A stretch of DNA of 64,000 nucleotides from Anaerovoracaceae bacterium (GTDB taxonomy: Bacteria > Bacillota > Clostridia > Peptostreptococcales > Anaerovoracaceae): NCBI GenBank assembly GCA_045545455.1, contig JAZQAY010000120.1:1195-65194 (forward strand), given 5' to 3'. Shown here piece after piece: positions 53,200 to 62,891 of this stretch. The position numbers and the translations under genes were made by a program. Numbering within the stretch: the stretch's first letter is position 1; every line of letters starts with the position of its first letter. The notes under the pieces were generated by a model, which was not told where the DNA came from, searched no databases, and was given only the letters and a program-made list of their open reading frames with translations.

Positions 53200-53663
53200 G
53201 CTCCATCACCCTCCCCGCTTCTTATCCTGACGAAGACGCTGCCCTCGTCCGTATAGACCCTCAGCACGTCCTTTTCAGGCATTTCTATCTCGAAAATATC
53301 CGTTTCTCCTATGACCTGCGCGTTAGCAGGATCCGGTGCGGAATTCTCCTTTCCGAACTCTTCCAGCACTTTTCCGTTATCGCTGTATATCTTAAGCGCA
53401 TAACCCGTGCTGCCGTCGGATATCACAAGCATCGGTCCTGAAGACGAATCCGTGACCCTGACGGACCCTTCAGTGTCGTTATCCTTTATACTTGTCTGTA
53501 TATATGCCAGCACAGCCCTTTCGTCCCTGTTGTCGTTTCTGATCCCTACAGTTCCCTGATAGACCTTCGCCCCGAAGACCACAAGCATGAAGAAGCCGGC
53601 CAGGAAAAGCCCGACTATGGCTATGGTGTACAGGCTCATGTGGTTTCTGTTTCCATTTTTCAT
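53196..53663 (-). CDS. pilin-like small membrane-anchored protein 2 (non-canonical)
   Basis: 155 aa starting MKNGNRNHMSLYTIAIVGLFLAGFF. It shares the RNH(M/I)(S/T) N-terminal motif with protein 3. Confidence 0.4.
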   Translation of the reverse strand: MKNGNRNHMSLYTIAIVGLFLAGFFMLVVFGAKVYQGTVGIRNDNRDERAVLAYIQTSIKDNDTEGSVRVTDSSSGPMLVISDGSTGYALKIYSDNGKVLEEFGKENSAPDPANAQVIGETDIFEIEMPEKDVLRVYTDEGSVFVRIRSGEGDGA

Positions 53664-53995
53664 GATCCCGCCTCCTCTCCGTGATGTCTCGGAGTCACTA
53701 TGACTGTGGGAGGCATGTTGGAAGCAAATACGTCATAGGTGACGTAGAAATCCTCCGTGTTTATCTGAAGGCCGTAGTTGTTCTCCAGATACTCCAGATC
53801 AGGCGGATAAACGCCCTCCACCGCATAACATTGTAGCGCTTCCCTTTCAACGGTCTGCTGTATCGCCAGAGCGCTCTCATCTCCTATGTCCCTTCCTGAA
53901 TCCCTGAAGATCCAGAAAACAAGGAGAACGAGCAGTATCAGGATCAGAGCTGCCAGGATCTTTATTGAATTTTTGCTCCTGATATCAGAATACAT
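53660..53995 (-). CDS. pilin-like small membrane-anchored protein 1 (non-canonical)
   Basis: 111 aa with an N-terminal TM helix followed by ...ALQCYAVEGVYPPDLEYLENNYGL... Confidence 0.4.
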   Translation of the reverse strand: MYSDIRSKNSIKILAALILILLVLLVFWIFRDSGRDIGDESALAIQQTVEREALQCYAVEGVYPPDLEYLENNYGLQINTEDFYVTYDVFASNMPPTVIVTPRHHGEEAGS

Positions 53996-54012
53996 CTGAA
54001 TTCTCCTTTAGA

Positions 54013-55059
54013 TCATCCTATGGAATTCATCATACCTATCAATGGGAGCATGACGCTTAAGAGCGACAGTCCCACAGTGATCATCAGCACACCTGAAAGC
54101 AGCGGGTCCACTATACCCACCAGTCTGTCCACCTGACTCGTACAGTTCTCTTCCAGAAGTTCTGTCAGCCTTTCAAGTATGGACTCCATATTACCGCTTC
54201 TTTCTCCGGCCAGGAACATCCTGCCGTAGACGGGTTCAAACAGTTCCTGGTCATATGCTGCCTGAGCTATGCTGTGGCCTTCCTCCATTTCAGCCATGCA
54301 TTTCTCAAGTTTAGCTTCTATGCTCTTGCAGTCAGTCATGGGAACGCTCTCCTGTACTGCCTTATCCTGCATCTCACCGCTTGCGATGAAAGTGCTTAAG
54401 GCAGAGGTGAACCTGTACATCCCCATGCTCTCCAGGATAGACCTTGTTATGGGGATCCTGTTAAGCAGTTTCTCCACCGGTCCGCGCTTCCCGTTCTTCC
54501 ACATAACGTATCCTATGATCAGCACGCAGGCTATGATCACCATGGCTATGAGTGCGATCCAGCAAAATACGTATGCCCACCTTATGTAGCTGTATGAGGA
54601 TGCAGCCAGACTTCCTGTCAGGCTGTTATATACGTCTGTAAAGGAAGGCAGCACCATGGTGAGCATCGCCAGAAGGACCACGATTATAAGCACCAGCATG
54701 GCTGCAGGATAGGTCACCGCATTCCTGATCTTTTCGGATATGGTCTTCTGTTCCTTGTAGTACTTTGAAAGCCTGAAAAGTATGCCCTCGAGTTTTCCGG
54801 AATTAACGCCGGCCTCAACCATCTGGCAGGCATATTCCGGAAAGATGCCGGCTTCCCTCATGGCCTTGCCGAGGCTCATTCCCATATCGACCTGTTCCTT
54901 CATTATATCCAGACCGGAAGCGAGTACGCCTCCGCTGTTTCTGCTGTCACTCTGAAGAAGCCCTATAGCTTCATCCGTCTGTATTCCGGAGCGCATCATC
55001 ATGGCCATGCTTTCAAAGAAAGCGCTGACACCCAGATAGTCAAGCTTTTTATTGTTCAT
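54013..55059 (-). CDS. GspF/PilC-family platform protein
   Basis: Start moved to MNNKKLDYL (GGAAGGAG SD). It has two T2SSF repeats (..MVEAGVNSGKLEGILFRL.. and ..FLAGERSGNMESILERL..) and 3 TM segments. Confidence 0.75.
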   Translation of the reverse strand: MNNKKLDYLGVSAFFESMAMMMRSGIQTDEAIGLLQSDSRNSGGVLASGLDIMKEQVDMGMSLGKAMREAGIFPEYACQMVEAGVNSGKLEGILFRLSKYYKEQKTISEKIRNAVTYPAAMLVLIIVVLLAMLTMVLPSFTDVYNSLTGSLAASSYSYIRWAYVFCWIALIAMVIIACVLIIGYVMWKNGKRGPVEKLLNRIPITRSILESMGMYRFTSALSTFIASGEMQDKAVQESVPMTDCKSIEAKLEKCMAEMEEGHSIAQAAYDQELFEPVYGRMFLAGERSGNMESILERLTELLEENCTSQVDRLVGIVDPLLSGVLMITVGLSLLSVMLPLIGMMNSIG

Positions 55060-55075
55060 TTTAAAGCTCCTTCCC

Positions 55076-56056
55076 TTAGTAATAATATACGTCTGCGTAG
55101 TTCTCACCGTTACCGATGAAAGAACTGTCCGCACCGTTTGCCGAAAACGTCACGTCCATACGGTTCCAGGTGTTCCCCGTGACCTCATACTTCACCGTGA
55201 CCCATCCTGTCTCTTCCGTATAGAACATGTTCCAGGCATGATAGATGTCGTTTGGCGACACGTATCCGAATACCATCTTTACAGGTATCCCCTGACTTCT
55301 CATCATGGCTGCTGCCAGAGCCGCATAGTCGATGCATATCCCTTTTCCGGTCTTAAGTGTCTCATCGGGATCCGGCAGATATCCTGACTGGATGTTTTCT
55401 GCCTTCGGATGATCGTATTTTACCTTCTTGCAGATATAATCGAATATCGACGATACGACTCCCAGGGCATCTTCTTCCTTTGATGCCAGTTCCTGAGCCT
55501 TTACGACGCAGTCCGATCCGGTATTGTAGTTCACGTAATCACTGGGGCGCAGGAATGGCTGGAATTCGTCATCCAGTACAGCTTCCCCGTCTATGGAGTA
55601 CATGCAGGCATATTTAGTACCTTCTATATTCTCCATGACCCTGAAGGTATACACGCCATTACCGCTCTGAACGGGAAAGATAGAAGGCGTCCCGTCTGAG
55701 CTGAGATCATAGTTGTACGTCGTGTCTCCCTTTATGACCTGGAATTTCAGCCTTTTTTCAGAAGTAGCCGAGGCACCGACGTAACCCTTGGAAAGGGATG
55801 ATATGTCTATATACGCCTGGCCGTCCGTGTAGGAAGCTTCCCCGTTAAAAACGGAGTCGTTGAACTCAGGCGCGACATATGGCACGAAGCTTTCTTCAGC
55901 GCTTTCCTGAGTCTCCTCCTGAGACTGATCTTCCTGGTCCTGTGATCCCGGAACTCCCTGAGAGTCACCGCAGCCGGTGAAACTCAGCATTATCAAAAGC
56001 ATGCACAGGAGCAAAACTGTAAGCCGGCCTGCGCATCGTTTTATCTTTTGATACAT
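55076..56056 (-). CDS. transglutaminase-like lipoprotein
   Basis: 326 aa with a lipobox (LSFTGC) and an acidic low-complexity linker. The transglutaminase core reads GKGICIDYAAL...HAWN...RMD (Cys-His-Asp). Confidence 0.7.
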   Translation of the reverse strand: MYQKIKRCAGRLTVLLLCMLLIMLSFTGCGDSQGVPGSQDQEDQSQEETQESAEESFVPYVAPEFNDSVFNGEASYTDGQAYIDISSLSKGYVGASATSEKRLKFQVIKGDTTYNYDLSSDGTPSIFPVQSGNGVYTFRVMENIEGTKYACMYSIDGEAVLDDEFQPFLRPSDYVNYNTGSDCVVKAQELASKEEDALGVVSSIFDYICKKVKYDHPKAENIQSGYLPDPDETLKTGKGICIDYAALAAAMMRSQGIPVKMVFGYVSPNDIYHAWNMFYTEETGWVTVKYEVTGNTWNRMDVTFSANGADSSFIGNGENYADVYYY

Positions 56057-56104
56057 TTCAGTTTCCTTGGTTTCTGTTTATATTATTTCGGTTATTATCA
56101 TCAT

Positions 56105-56494
56105 TTACCCGGCGAAGCTTTTAAGCTCATCGTATTTCCCGAGTATGCGGCCCATCAGCTCGCTGTAGTCCGTTTCTGTCCTGGCTCTGAGAAGTTCTGT
56201 GATCTCGCATAATGGTTCGTATAAGGGATCAAGAGAAAGGTTCCCCGTAGTTCCCTTAAGCGCGTGTGCTGCCTCAAAAGCCTGATCCAGGTCGTTATTT
56301 TCGATGGCTGCCCTGAGTTTTTCCACGTTGGCATCCTCAACAGCCATGCATACCAGACGAAGATAAAAATCCTCTTTATTCATGCATCTTTCAAGACCTT
56401 TATCTGTATCTGCACCAAAAGTCCTGAGAGCTTCCATTGTGATCATATCCTGTACCTCCCCGTCATATCCTGAATAATTTCCGTCATTTACCAT
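56105..56494 (-). CDS. Hpt (histidine phosphotransfer) domain protein
   Basis: 129 aa with the HALKGTTGNLSL motif. Coordinates are taken from the ORF track. Confidence 0.6.
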   Translation of the reverse strand: MVNDGNYSGYDGEVQDMITMEALRTFGADTDKGLERCMNKEDFYLRLVCMAVEDANVEKLRAAIENNDLDQAFEAAHALKGTTGNLSLDPLYEPLCEITELLRARTETDYSELMGRILGKYDELKSFAG

Positions 56495-57833
56495 AAAAGC
56501 CGAAGCTGTCTCTTCCCGCTTCCTTTACGTCATATAAGGCGCTGTCGGCGTTCCTGTACAGTTCCTCTCCATCTGAAGCGTCCTCGGAGAAAGCGATCCC
56601 CATACTCAGTGTGAATCCCGGTATTCCATCCTTGTCGTCTCTTACAGCAGATCTTATCTTACCGGCTTTGAATGAGATAAGATCCGTCATGGATTTATTG
56701 GCATTGACCATAAATACCGCGAACTCATCTCCTCCTATCCTGCAGACGTAGTCGTCAGATCTGAAGGTCCCGAGAAGGGTATCCGCCAGGCGTTTAAGCA
56801 CCTTGTCACCCATCTCATGTCCGTAGTTATCGTTAAACGTCTTGAAATGATCCAGATCTATGAGTATGAGTGCGGAATCTCCGTCGCCCATGGCATCCTT
56901 CACGTCCTCAAACACACCGCGGTTGAACAATCCTGTCAGCGGGTCGTGGTTGGCCTCGTATGATAGCTGTTCCTGATAGTTCTTTGTTTTTTCAAAGATA
57001 TGGTTATATGTCCTGGCAAGGTACTGCATCTCATATGAGCCTTCCTCTGGTATCAGCTGGTTGTCCCTTATGAAGCTGACGCTCTTCCGGAGCGGTTGTA
57101 TTATCAGCCTGCTGATCAGGATAACTATGGCCAGCACTATTATCACCAGGAAAATAATGAGAACGTATTGCCTGTTGATAGCTCGTGAAAGTCTCTCTGA
57201 ATTCTGGCTGCTTTCAGCTGACAATTCGCCGAGAAGTGACTCAAGGCAGGCGGTTACCTCTCTTTCGATGGCAGCTTTCTTGTCCTGATATGCTTCACCG
57301 AATACCAGTTCTCTCGCCCTGTCTATCTTATCATCGGGAGAAAGAGCCAGCATTTCGTCCGTGAGTTCCTGTTCCTGGATCTCACGCGGCGCCTGGGAGA
57401 TATCTCCTCCATGGGCAAGCATCACCAGTTTCATGGCTATATATTCTGTCTCCATCAGTTCATTGGACTCCTTCAGCGCCCGCTCAAGTGCTGAATACGC
57501 TTCGGTTCCTCCGAAGTATTCTCCCATTTCCTCAAGCGCCCTGTCTCTCCTTCTGGTATGCCTTGACTCATTGAAATAGTTTGTCATATCATCGGGATTC
57601 CCGGTAACGACATAGCTTCGTACCTGGAGCGTGAGGTAGTCCGATCCTTCCTGCATGGTGTCCGCGCTGTTCTGGCACATCAAAAACCTGTCCATAGATT
57701 CCTGCATCGAATTATATGACGTTCTTGTCTCGAACAGTGCAAACAGAAGGACTATGGAAAGTGTTATCGCCATCAGGAGCATGGCAATGTTCAGCGGCTG
57801 AAGACGGATGTTTCTTTTTTCTTTTCCGATCAT
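56484..57833 (-). CDS. membrane-anchored diguanylate cyclase (GGDEF)
   Basis: 449 aa with two TM segments flanking a helical sensor region. The C-terminal domain reads ...DLDHFKTFNDNYGH..GD..L...RIGGDEFAVFM. Confidence 0.85.
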   Translation of the reverse strand: MIGKEKRNIRLQPLNIAMLLMAITLSIVLLFALFETRTSYNSMQESMDRFLMCQNSADTMQEGSDYLTLQVRSYVVTGNPDDMTNYFNESRHTRRRDRALEEMGEYFGGTEAYSALERALKESNELMETEYIAMKLVMLAHGGDISQAPREIQEQELTDEMLALSPDDKIDRARELVFGEAYQDKKAAIEREVTACLESLLGELSAESSQNSERLSRAINRQYVLIIFLVIIVLAIVILISRLIIQPLRKSVSFIRDNQLIPEEGSYEMQYLARTYNHIFEKTKNYQEQLSYEANHDPLTGLFNRGVFEDVKDAMGDGDSALILIDLDHFKTFNDNYGHEMGDKVLKRLADTLLGTFRSDDYVCRIGGDEFAVFMVNANKSMTDLISFKAGKIRSAVRDDKDGIPGFTLSMGIAFSEDASDGEELYRNADSALYDVKEAGRDSFGFYGK

Positions 57834-57943
57834 TGTATTACCTGCTGTATTCCATCTGATTCAGGTCGCAATTATACTTAATATCAATTATATATTTTTT
57901 TTGCAAAAAACACAATAATTTTGTCACAGGTTGTGACGATTTA

Positions 57944-57976
57944 AAATAAAAAAGAACCCCTGAAGATCAGGGGGTC
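57944..57976 (-). terminator. terminator after ppdK
   Basis: ACCCCCTGA-TCT-TCAGGGGT followed by TCTTTTTTATTTT on the minus strand. Confidence 0.6.
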
Positions 57977-58000
57977 TTTTAAGATCAGATAAACCTGATA

Positions 58001-60628
58001 TTATCTGTTTTTAATGGCGGCCTGTGCTGCTGCGAGTCTTGCGATGGGAACTCTGAAAGGTGAACATGAAACGTATGTCAGTCCTACCCTGTGACAGAAA
58101 TCTATGCTCTTGGGATCTCCGCCGTGCTCTCCGCAGATGCCCAGCTTGATATTGGGTCTCGCCTGCTTGCCCAGTTTAACTGCCATCTCCACGAGTTTTC
58201 CGACTCCGTTCTCATCGATGGTCTTGAAGGGATCCTCTTCGTAGATGCCTTTATCCACGTAGAACTCAAGGAGCTTACCTGTGTCATCTCTGGAGAATCC
58301 GAGAGCCATCTGAGTAAGGTCATTGGTACCGAATGAGAAGAATTCCGCCTCTTTGGCTATTTCGTCTGCAGTAAGGGCAGCCCTGGGAATCTCGATCATG
58401 GTTCCTACCATATACTTCATGTCGATCTCCGCTTCGCTTATCATCCTGTCTGCAGTCTCAACGACCTTCTCCTTAACGAAGCTGAGCTCTCTGGCCTCAC
58501 CAACGAGAGGTATCATGATCTCAGGAACGATATTGTATCCGCATTCCTTCTTTACTTCGATCGCGGCGCCGATTATCGCCTCTGTCTGCATCACTGCGAT
58601 CTCGGGATAAAGAACTGCAAGTCTGCAGCCTCTGGTTCCGAGCATAGGGTTCAGTTCATGGAGTTCGTCCACCGTTCCCTGAAGCCTCTCATAGGAAACT
58701 CCCATGGTTTTCGAAAGTTCCCTGATCTCATCCTCAGTCTGAGGAAGGAATTCGTGGAGAGGAGGATCGAGCAGTCTGATGGTCATAGGCATCTCGCCCA
58801 GCGCCTTATACATCTCCTTGAAGTCTCCCTGCTGGAAAGGCCTGATTATATCAAGGGCAGCCTTTCTCTCTTCAGGAGTCTCCGCTACTATCATCCTTCT
58901 GATAGCAGGGATCCTCTCTTCCTCAAAGAACATGTGCTCAGTCCTGCAGAGACCGATTCCTTCACAGCCGAATTCGACGGCCTGTCTGGCATCTCTGGGA
59001 TTGTCAGCATTGGCTCTGACCTTCAGTGTCCTGATCTCGTCAGCCCATCCCATGAGGGTCGCAAAATCACCTGAAACGTCAGGTTCTACAGTCTTTATAG
59101 CCTCACCATAAACGAAACCTGTGGATCCGTCTATGGATATCACGTCTCCTTCTTTGAAGGAAGCTCCTGAATCGAAATCTACCGTCTTCGTCTCTTCATC
59201 CACTCTGGCTTCAGAGCAGCCTGCAACGCAGCACTTGCCCATTCCTCTGGCAACTACTGCCGCATGTGAAGTCATGCCTCCCCTTGCTGTAAGTATTCCC
59301 TCTGCGGCAACCATTCCTGCAAGGTCCTCAGGTGATGTCTCCGCTCTCACGAGAATGACTTTCTCACCCTTACCGGCAGCTTCAGCAGCCTCCTCTGCCG
59401 AGAAAAATATGTGACCGCAGGCTGCACCGGGTGATGCAGGAAGTCCCTTTGCTATCTCTTTGGCAGCTTTCAATTCATCAGCATCGAACATAGGATGGAG
59501 CAGCTGATCTATCTGCTGGGGCTCAAGCCTTGTTACGGCTGTAGCCTTGTCAATGAGACCTTCTCCCACCATGTCGACGGCGATCTTAACAGCCGCCTGC
59601 GCGGTACGTTTGCCGCTTCTTGTCTGCAGCATATAGAGTTTGCCGTCTTCAACCGTAAACTCCATATCCTGTGTGTCTTTGTAGTGCTTTTCGAGGAGAT
59701 TTGCGATCCTTACGAAGTCGCTGTAGGCTTCAGGGAAAGCTTTCTCCATTTCTTCGATATTGAGCGGAGTTCTGACTCCGGCTACTACGTCCTCGCCCTG
59801 AGCGTTGACCAGGAATTCTCCGAATATCCTGTTCTCACCATTCGAAGGGCTTCTTGTGAAAGCAACTCCCGTGCCTGAGTTGTTTCCCATATTTCCGAAT
59901 ACCATGGACTGCACGTTGACGGCTGTTCCCAGCTTGCCCGAGATGCCGTTCAGCTTCCTGTAAAGTATAGCCCTTTCGTTCATCCATGATCTGAACACTG
60001 CCTTTACAGCTTCTATAAGCTGTTCTCTTGGATCCTGGGGGAAGTCTTTTCCTGTCTCAGTCTTTACAAGTTCTTTGTATCCTCTGATAACTTCCTCAAG
60101 GTCTTCAGCAGTGAGTTCGACGTCGAATTTAACTCCCTTTTTCTTCTTCTGTCCGTCAAATATCTTATCGAACTTTTCCTTTGGTATTTCCTGGACCACA
60201 TCTCCGAACATCTGGATGAACCTTCTGTAGCTATCCATTGCGAATCTGCGGTTTTCTGTACGTTTGACAAGACCTTCCACTGAATCATCGTTAAGTCCGA
60301 GGTTCAGTATCGTGTCCATCATTCCGGGCATGGAAATAACTGCTCCGGAGCGTACGGAAACAAGGAGAGGGTTTTCTGCTGATCCAAACCTCTTTCCCGT
60401 TACCTGCTCAAGTTCCGCGAGTTTTTCGTATATGGCATCCACGACTTCCTGCGTGATCTTCCTGCCATCTTCGTAGTACTTGTTACAAGCTTCAGTAGTG
60501 ATGGTGAATCCGAAGGGAACAGGGAGCCCGATCCTTGTCATTTCTGCAAGGTTGGCGCCCTTTCCGCCAAGCAGAGACTTCATCTCCTTAGATCCTTCAT
60601 TGAAGGAGTACACTATTTTGTTTTCCAT
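58001..60628 (-). CDS. ppdK: pyruvate, phosphate dikinase
   Basis: About 875 aa from the ATG at 60628 (the track starts at a GTG at 60652). Contains LGGKGANLAEM, the phospho-His region GGMTSHAAVVARG and GLCRTEHMF. Confidence 0.9.
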   Translation of the reverse strand: MENKIVYSFNEGSKEMKSLLGGKGANLAEMTRIGLPVPFGFTITTEACNKYYEDGRKITQEVVDAIYEKLAELEQVTGKRFGSAENPLLVSVRSGAVISMPGMMDTILNLGLNDDSVEGLVKRTENRRFAMDSYRRFIQMFGDVVQEIPKEKFDKIFDGQKKKKGVKFDVELTAEDLEEVIRGYKELVKTETGKDFPQDPREQLIEAVKAVFRSWMNERAILYRKLNGISGKLGTAVNVQSMVFGNMGNNSGTGVAFTRSPSNGENRIFGEFLVNAQGEDVVAGVRTPLNIEEMEKAFPEAYSDFVRIANLLEKHYKDTQDMEFTVEDGKLYMLQTRSGKRTAQAAVKIAVDMVGEGLIDKATAVTRLEPQQIDQLLHPMFDADELKAAKEIAKGLPASPGAACGHIFFSAEEAAEAAGKGEKVILVRAETSPEDLAGMVAAEGILTARGGMTSHAAVVARGMGKCCVAGCSEARVDEETKTVDFDSGASFKEGDVISIDGSTGFVYGEAIKTVEPDVSGDFATLMGWADEIRTLKVRANADNPRDARQAVEFGCEGIGLCRTEHMFFEEERIPAIRRMIVAETPEERKAALDIIRPFQQGDFKEMYKALGEMPMTIRLLDPPLHEFLPQTEDEIRELSKTMGVSYERLQGTVDELHELNPMLGTRGCRLAVLYPEIAVMQTEAIIGAAIEVKKECGYNIVPEIMIPLVGEARELSFVKEKVVETADRMISEAEIDMKYMVGTMIEIPRAALTADEIAKEAEFFSFGTNDLTQMALGFSRDDTGKLLEFYVDKGIYEEDPFKTIDENGVGKLVEMAVKLGKQARPNIKLGICGEHGGDPKSIDFCHRVGLTYVSCSPFRVPIARLAAAQAAIKNR

Positions 60629-60667
60629 TCTTTTCCTTTCTGCGTTTTTCACGCCAAAGAAGGCCTG

Positions 60668-62071
60668 TTAAAATACCAGCCTTTCTTCAATGTAATTGCG
60701 CACCTCTGATACAGGGATTCTGACTTGTTCCATGGTGTCTCGGTCGCGGACTGTTACACAGCCGTCGGCCTCAGTATCAAAGTCAACACAAATGCAGAAT
60801 GGTGTTCCAATCTCGTCCTCTCTTCTATATCTCTTTCCGATTGAACCGGCTGCATCATAGTCGACCATAAAGTACTTGGACAGTTCTTCATGTATCGGCT
60901 CTGCTATAGGTGATAACTTTTTAGCTAACGGGAGTACTGCAGCCTTGAAAGGAGCAAGTGCGGGGTGAAGCTTCAGCACGGTCCTCACGTCCTCCTTGCC
61001 GTCTTCTGAGGTCAGCACCTCCTCGTTATATGCATCTATCAGGAATGCGAGGCTTACACGGCCTGCACCCAGTGATGGCTCGATTACATAGGGCACGTAC
61101 TTCTGTCCGTTTTCTGAGTTGACGTAGCTCAGATCCTGGCCTGAAGTGTTGATATGCTGAGTAAGGTCGAAATCCGTCCTGTCAGCTATGCCCCATAATT
61201 CTCCCCAGCCCCACGGGAATGTGTATTCGATGTCCGTGGTGCCCTTGGAATAGTGGGAGAGTTCCTCAGGAGAATGATCCCTCATTCTCAGGTGATCCTT
61301 GTCCATGCCAAGGCTCATGAGGAAATTCCAGCAGTAGTCCTTCCAGTATGAGAACCACTCCAGATCTGTTCCGGGCTCGCAGAAGAATTCAAGTTCCATC
61401 TGCTCGAATTCCCTGGTTCTGAAAATGAAATTGCCGGGAGTGATCTCATTTCTGAATGACTTGCCTATCTGTGCGATACCGAAGGGTATCTTCTTTCTGG
61501 CTGAACGCTGAACGTTTCTGAAGTTTACGAAGATCCCCTGAGCCGTCTCGGGTCTGAGATAGATCTCAGCCTTGGAATCCTCAGTAACTCCCTGGAAAGT
61601 CTTGAACATGAGATTGAACTGACGGATACCGGTGAAATCGGACTTGCCGCAGTCAGGACAGCAGATGTTGTTTTCCTTGATGTAGTTCTCAAGTTCTTCA
61701 TTTGACCAGCCGTCCACAACCATGTCCTTGATCCCATGCTCAGCGTTCCAGTCCTCGATCAGTTTATCCGCTCTGAACCTGGATTTGCAGGCTCTGCAGT
61801 CGATCAGAGGGTCTGAAAAGCCTCCAACATGACCTGAAGCCACCCATGTCTGTGGGTTCATGAGGATCGCAGCGTCGAGGCCCACGTTGTATTTTGACTC
61901 CTGAACGAACTTCCTCCACCATGCCTTTTTAACGTTGTTGAGGAATTCCACGCCAAGAGGACCGTAGTCCCATGTGTTTGCAAGTCCGCCGTAGATCTCT
62001 GATCCGGGGAATATAAATCCTCTGTTCTTGCATAATGCTACGATTTTTTCCATTGTAACTTCATTGCTCAT
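60668..62071 (-). CDS. glyQS: glycine--tRNA ligase (single-chain, alpha2 type)
   Basis: 467 aa with [27 protein letters not shown] and GKRYRR.DE.GTP. Confidence 0.9.
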   Translation of the reverse strand: MSNEVTMEKIVALCKNRGFIFPGSEIYGGLANTWDYGPLGVEFLNNVKKAWWRKFVQESKYNVGLDAAILMNPQTWVASGHVGGFSDPLIDCRACKSRFRADKLIEDWNAEHGIKDMVVDGWSNEELENYIKENNICCPDCGKSDFTGIRQFNLMFKTFQGVTEDSKAEIYLRPETAQGIFVNFRNVQRSARKKIPFGIAQIGKSFRNEITPGNFIFRTREFEQMELEFFCEPGTDLEWFSYWKDYCWNFLMSLGMDKDHLRMRDHSPEELSHYSKGTTDIEYTFPWGWGELWGIADRTDFDLTQHINTSGQDLSYVNSENGQKYVPYVIEPSLGAGRVSLAFLIDAYNEEVLTSEDGKEDVRTVLKLHPALAPFKAAVLPLAKKLSPIAEPIHEELSKYFMVDYDAAGSIGKRYRREDEIGTPFCICVDFDTEADGCVTVRDRDTMEQVRIPVSEVRNYIEERLVF

Positions 62072-62101
62072 ATTGTCAGCCTTCCTTTACGATATATTTG
62101 A

Positions 62102-62875
62102 TTACTTGTTGAGTTCCTGGTTGATATCTTCGTCCTCGATCTCGATCTCGATCTCGAAGTCGTCTTCTCCTGCTACCTTATCTTTGATGTTGTTGAATGC
62201 CTCTGTGCCTGCTTCCTTAGCCTTCTCATAATATTCAGGAGCTCTGTCCTTGATATTGTTGAAAGCTTCAGTTCCGGCTTCTTTTGCCTTCTCAACGTAG
62301 TCAGGAGCCTTTTCCTTAAAGTTGTTGAATACGTCCTGCGATGCGTCCTTTACCTTTTCGACGTAGTCAGGAGCCTTTTCCTTAAGATCATCTACGACTG
62401 AGCCGCCTCTTTCCTTGATCTCATCAACTACTACGCTTCCTTTTTCTTTAACGGTATTGGCTACGTTCTCCACCTTTTCGGAAACGTCTATAACCTTTCC
62501 GTCGTCTGTTGTGAGTTCCACCTTGCATTTGAAGCCAAAAGCAGCGATGGCAGCAGCAACCACCCCCCAGGGAGCAAGAACAGCGCCTACGATGCCAACG
62601 TTAACGGGAATGTTAACGATCGGCTCATCTCCCCTTTTAACGCTTATCTTGGAGATATTACCCTTGTTGACCAGTTCCTTGACCTTGGCCATGGTAGTCT
62701 TAACGTATTCGCCTGTCTTTCCGGCCTTACCTGTGTCGATGTTCTCTTCGATGGCGATTATAGCGTCCACAACGCTTCCGTCACATGCTTCGAGAGCATC
62801 TTTTGCTTCCCTGTAGGATACGCCCGTTCTGTCTTTAACTAATTCGATTTTTTCGAGAGTAATTTCCATTTTCAA
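62102..62875 (-). CDS. UBA/TS-N + DUF4342-like protein with a repeat-rich acidic tail
   Basis: 257 aa with an N-terminal VSYREAKDALEACDGSVVDAIIAIEE segment. A hydrophobic beta segment follows, then three KEKAPDYVEKxKEAGTEAFNNxK repeats. Confidence 0.55.
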   Translation of the reverse strand: MKMEITLEKIELVKDRTGVSYREAKDALEACDGSVVDAIIAIEENIDTGKAGKTGEYVKTTMAKVKELVNKGNISKISVKRGDEPIVNIPVNVGIVGAVLAPWGVVAAAIAAFGFKCKVELTTDDGKVIDVSEKVENVANTVKEKGSVVVDEIKERGGSVVDDLKEKAPDYVEKVKDASQDVFNNFKEKAPDYVEKAKEAGTEAFNNIKDRAPEYYEKAKEAGTEAFNNIKDKVAGEDDFEIEIEIEDEDINQELNK

Positions 62876-62891
62876 ATCCTCCTCTTTAGTG

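Noticed and set aside
56104-56401. An apparent 1-nt inconsistency or frameshift in the Hpt ORF when I hand-translated around 56398-56401, with the stop seeming to be at 56104 rather than 56105.
   Set aside because: This is most likely my own base-counting error, because the computed track gives an uninterrupted 129-aa Hpt domain. I kept the track coordinates and do not claim a frameshift.
62072-62101. A glycine T-box leader upstream of glyQS.
   Set aside because: Only 30 nt separate glyQS from the upstream gene, so there is no room for a T-box. No T-box sequence was seen near ilvB (3349-3673) either.
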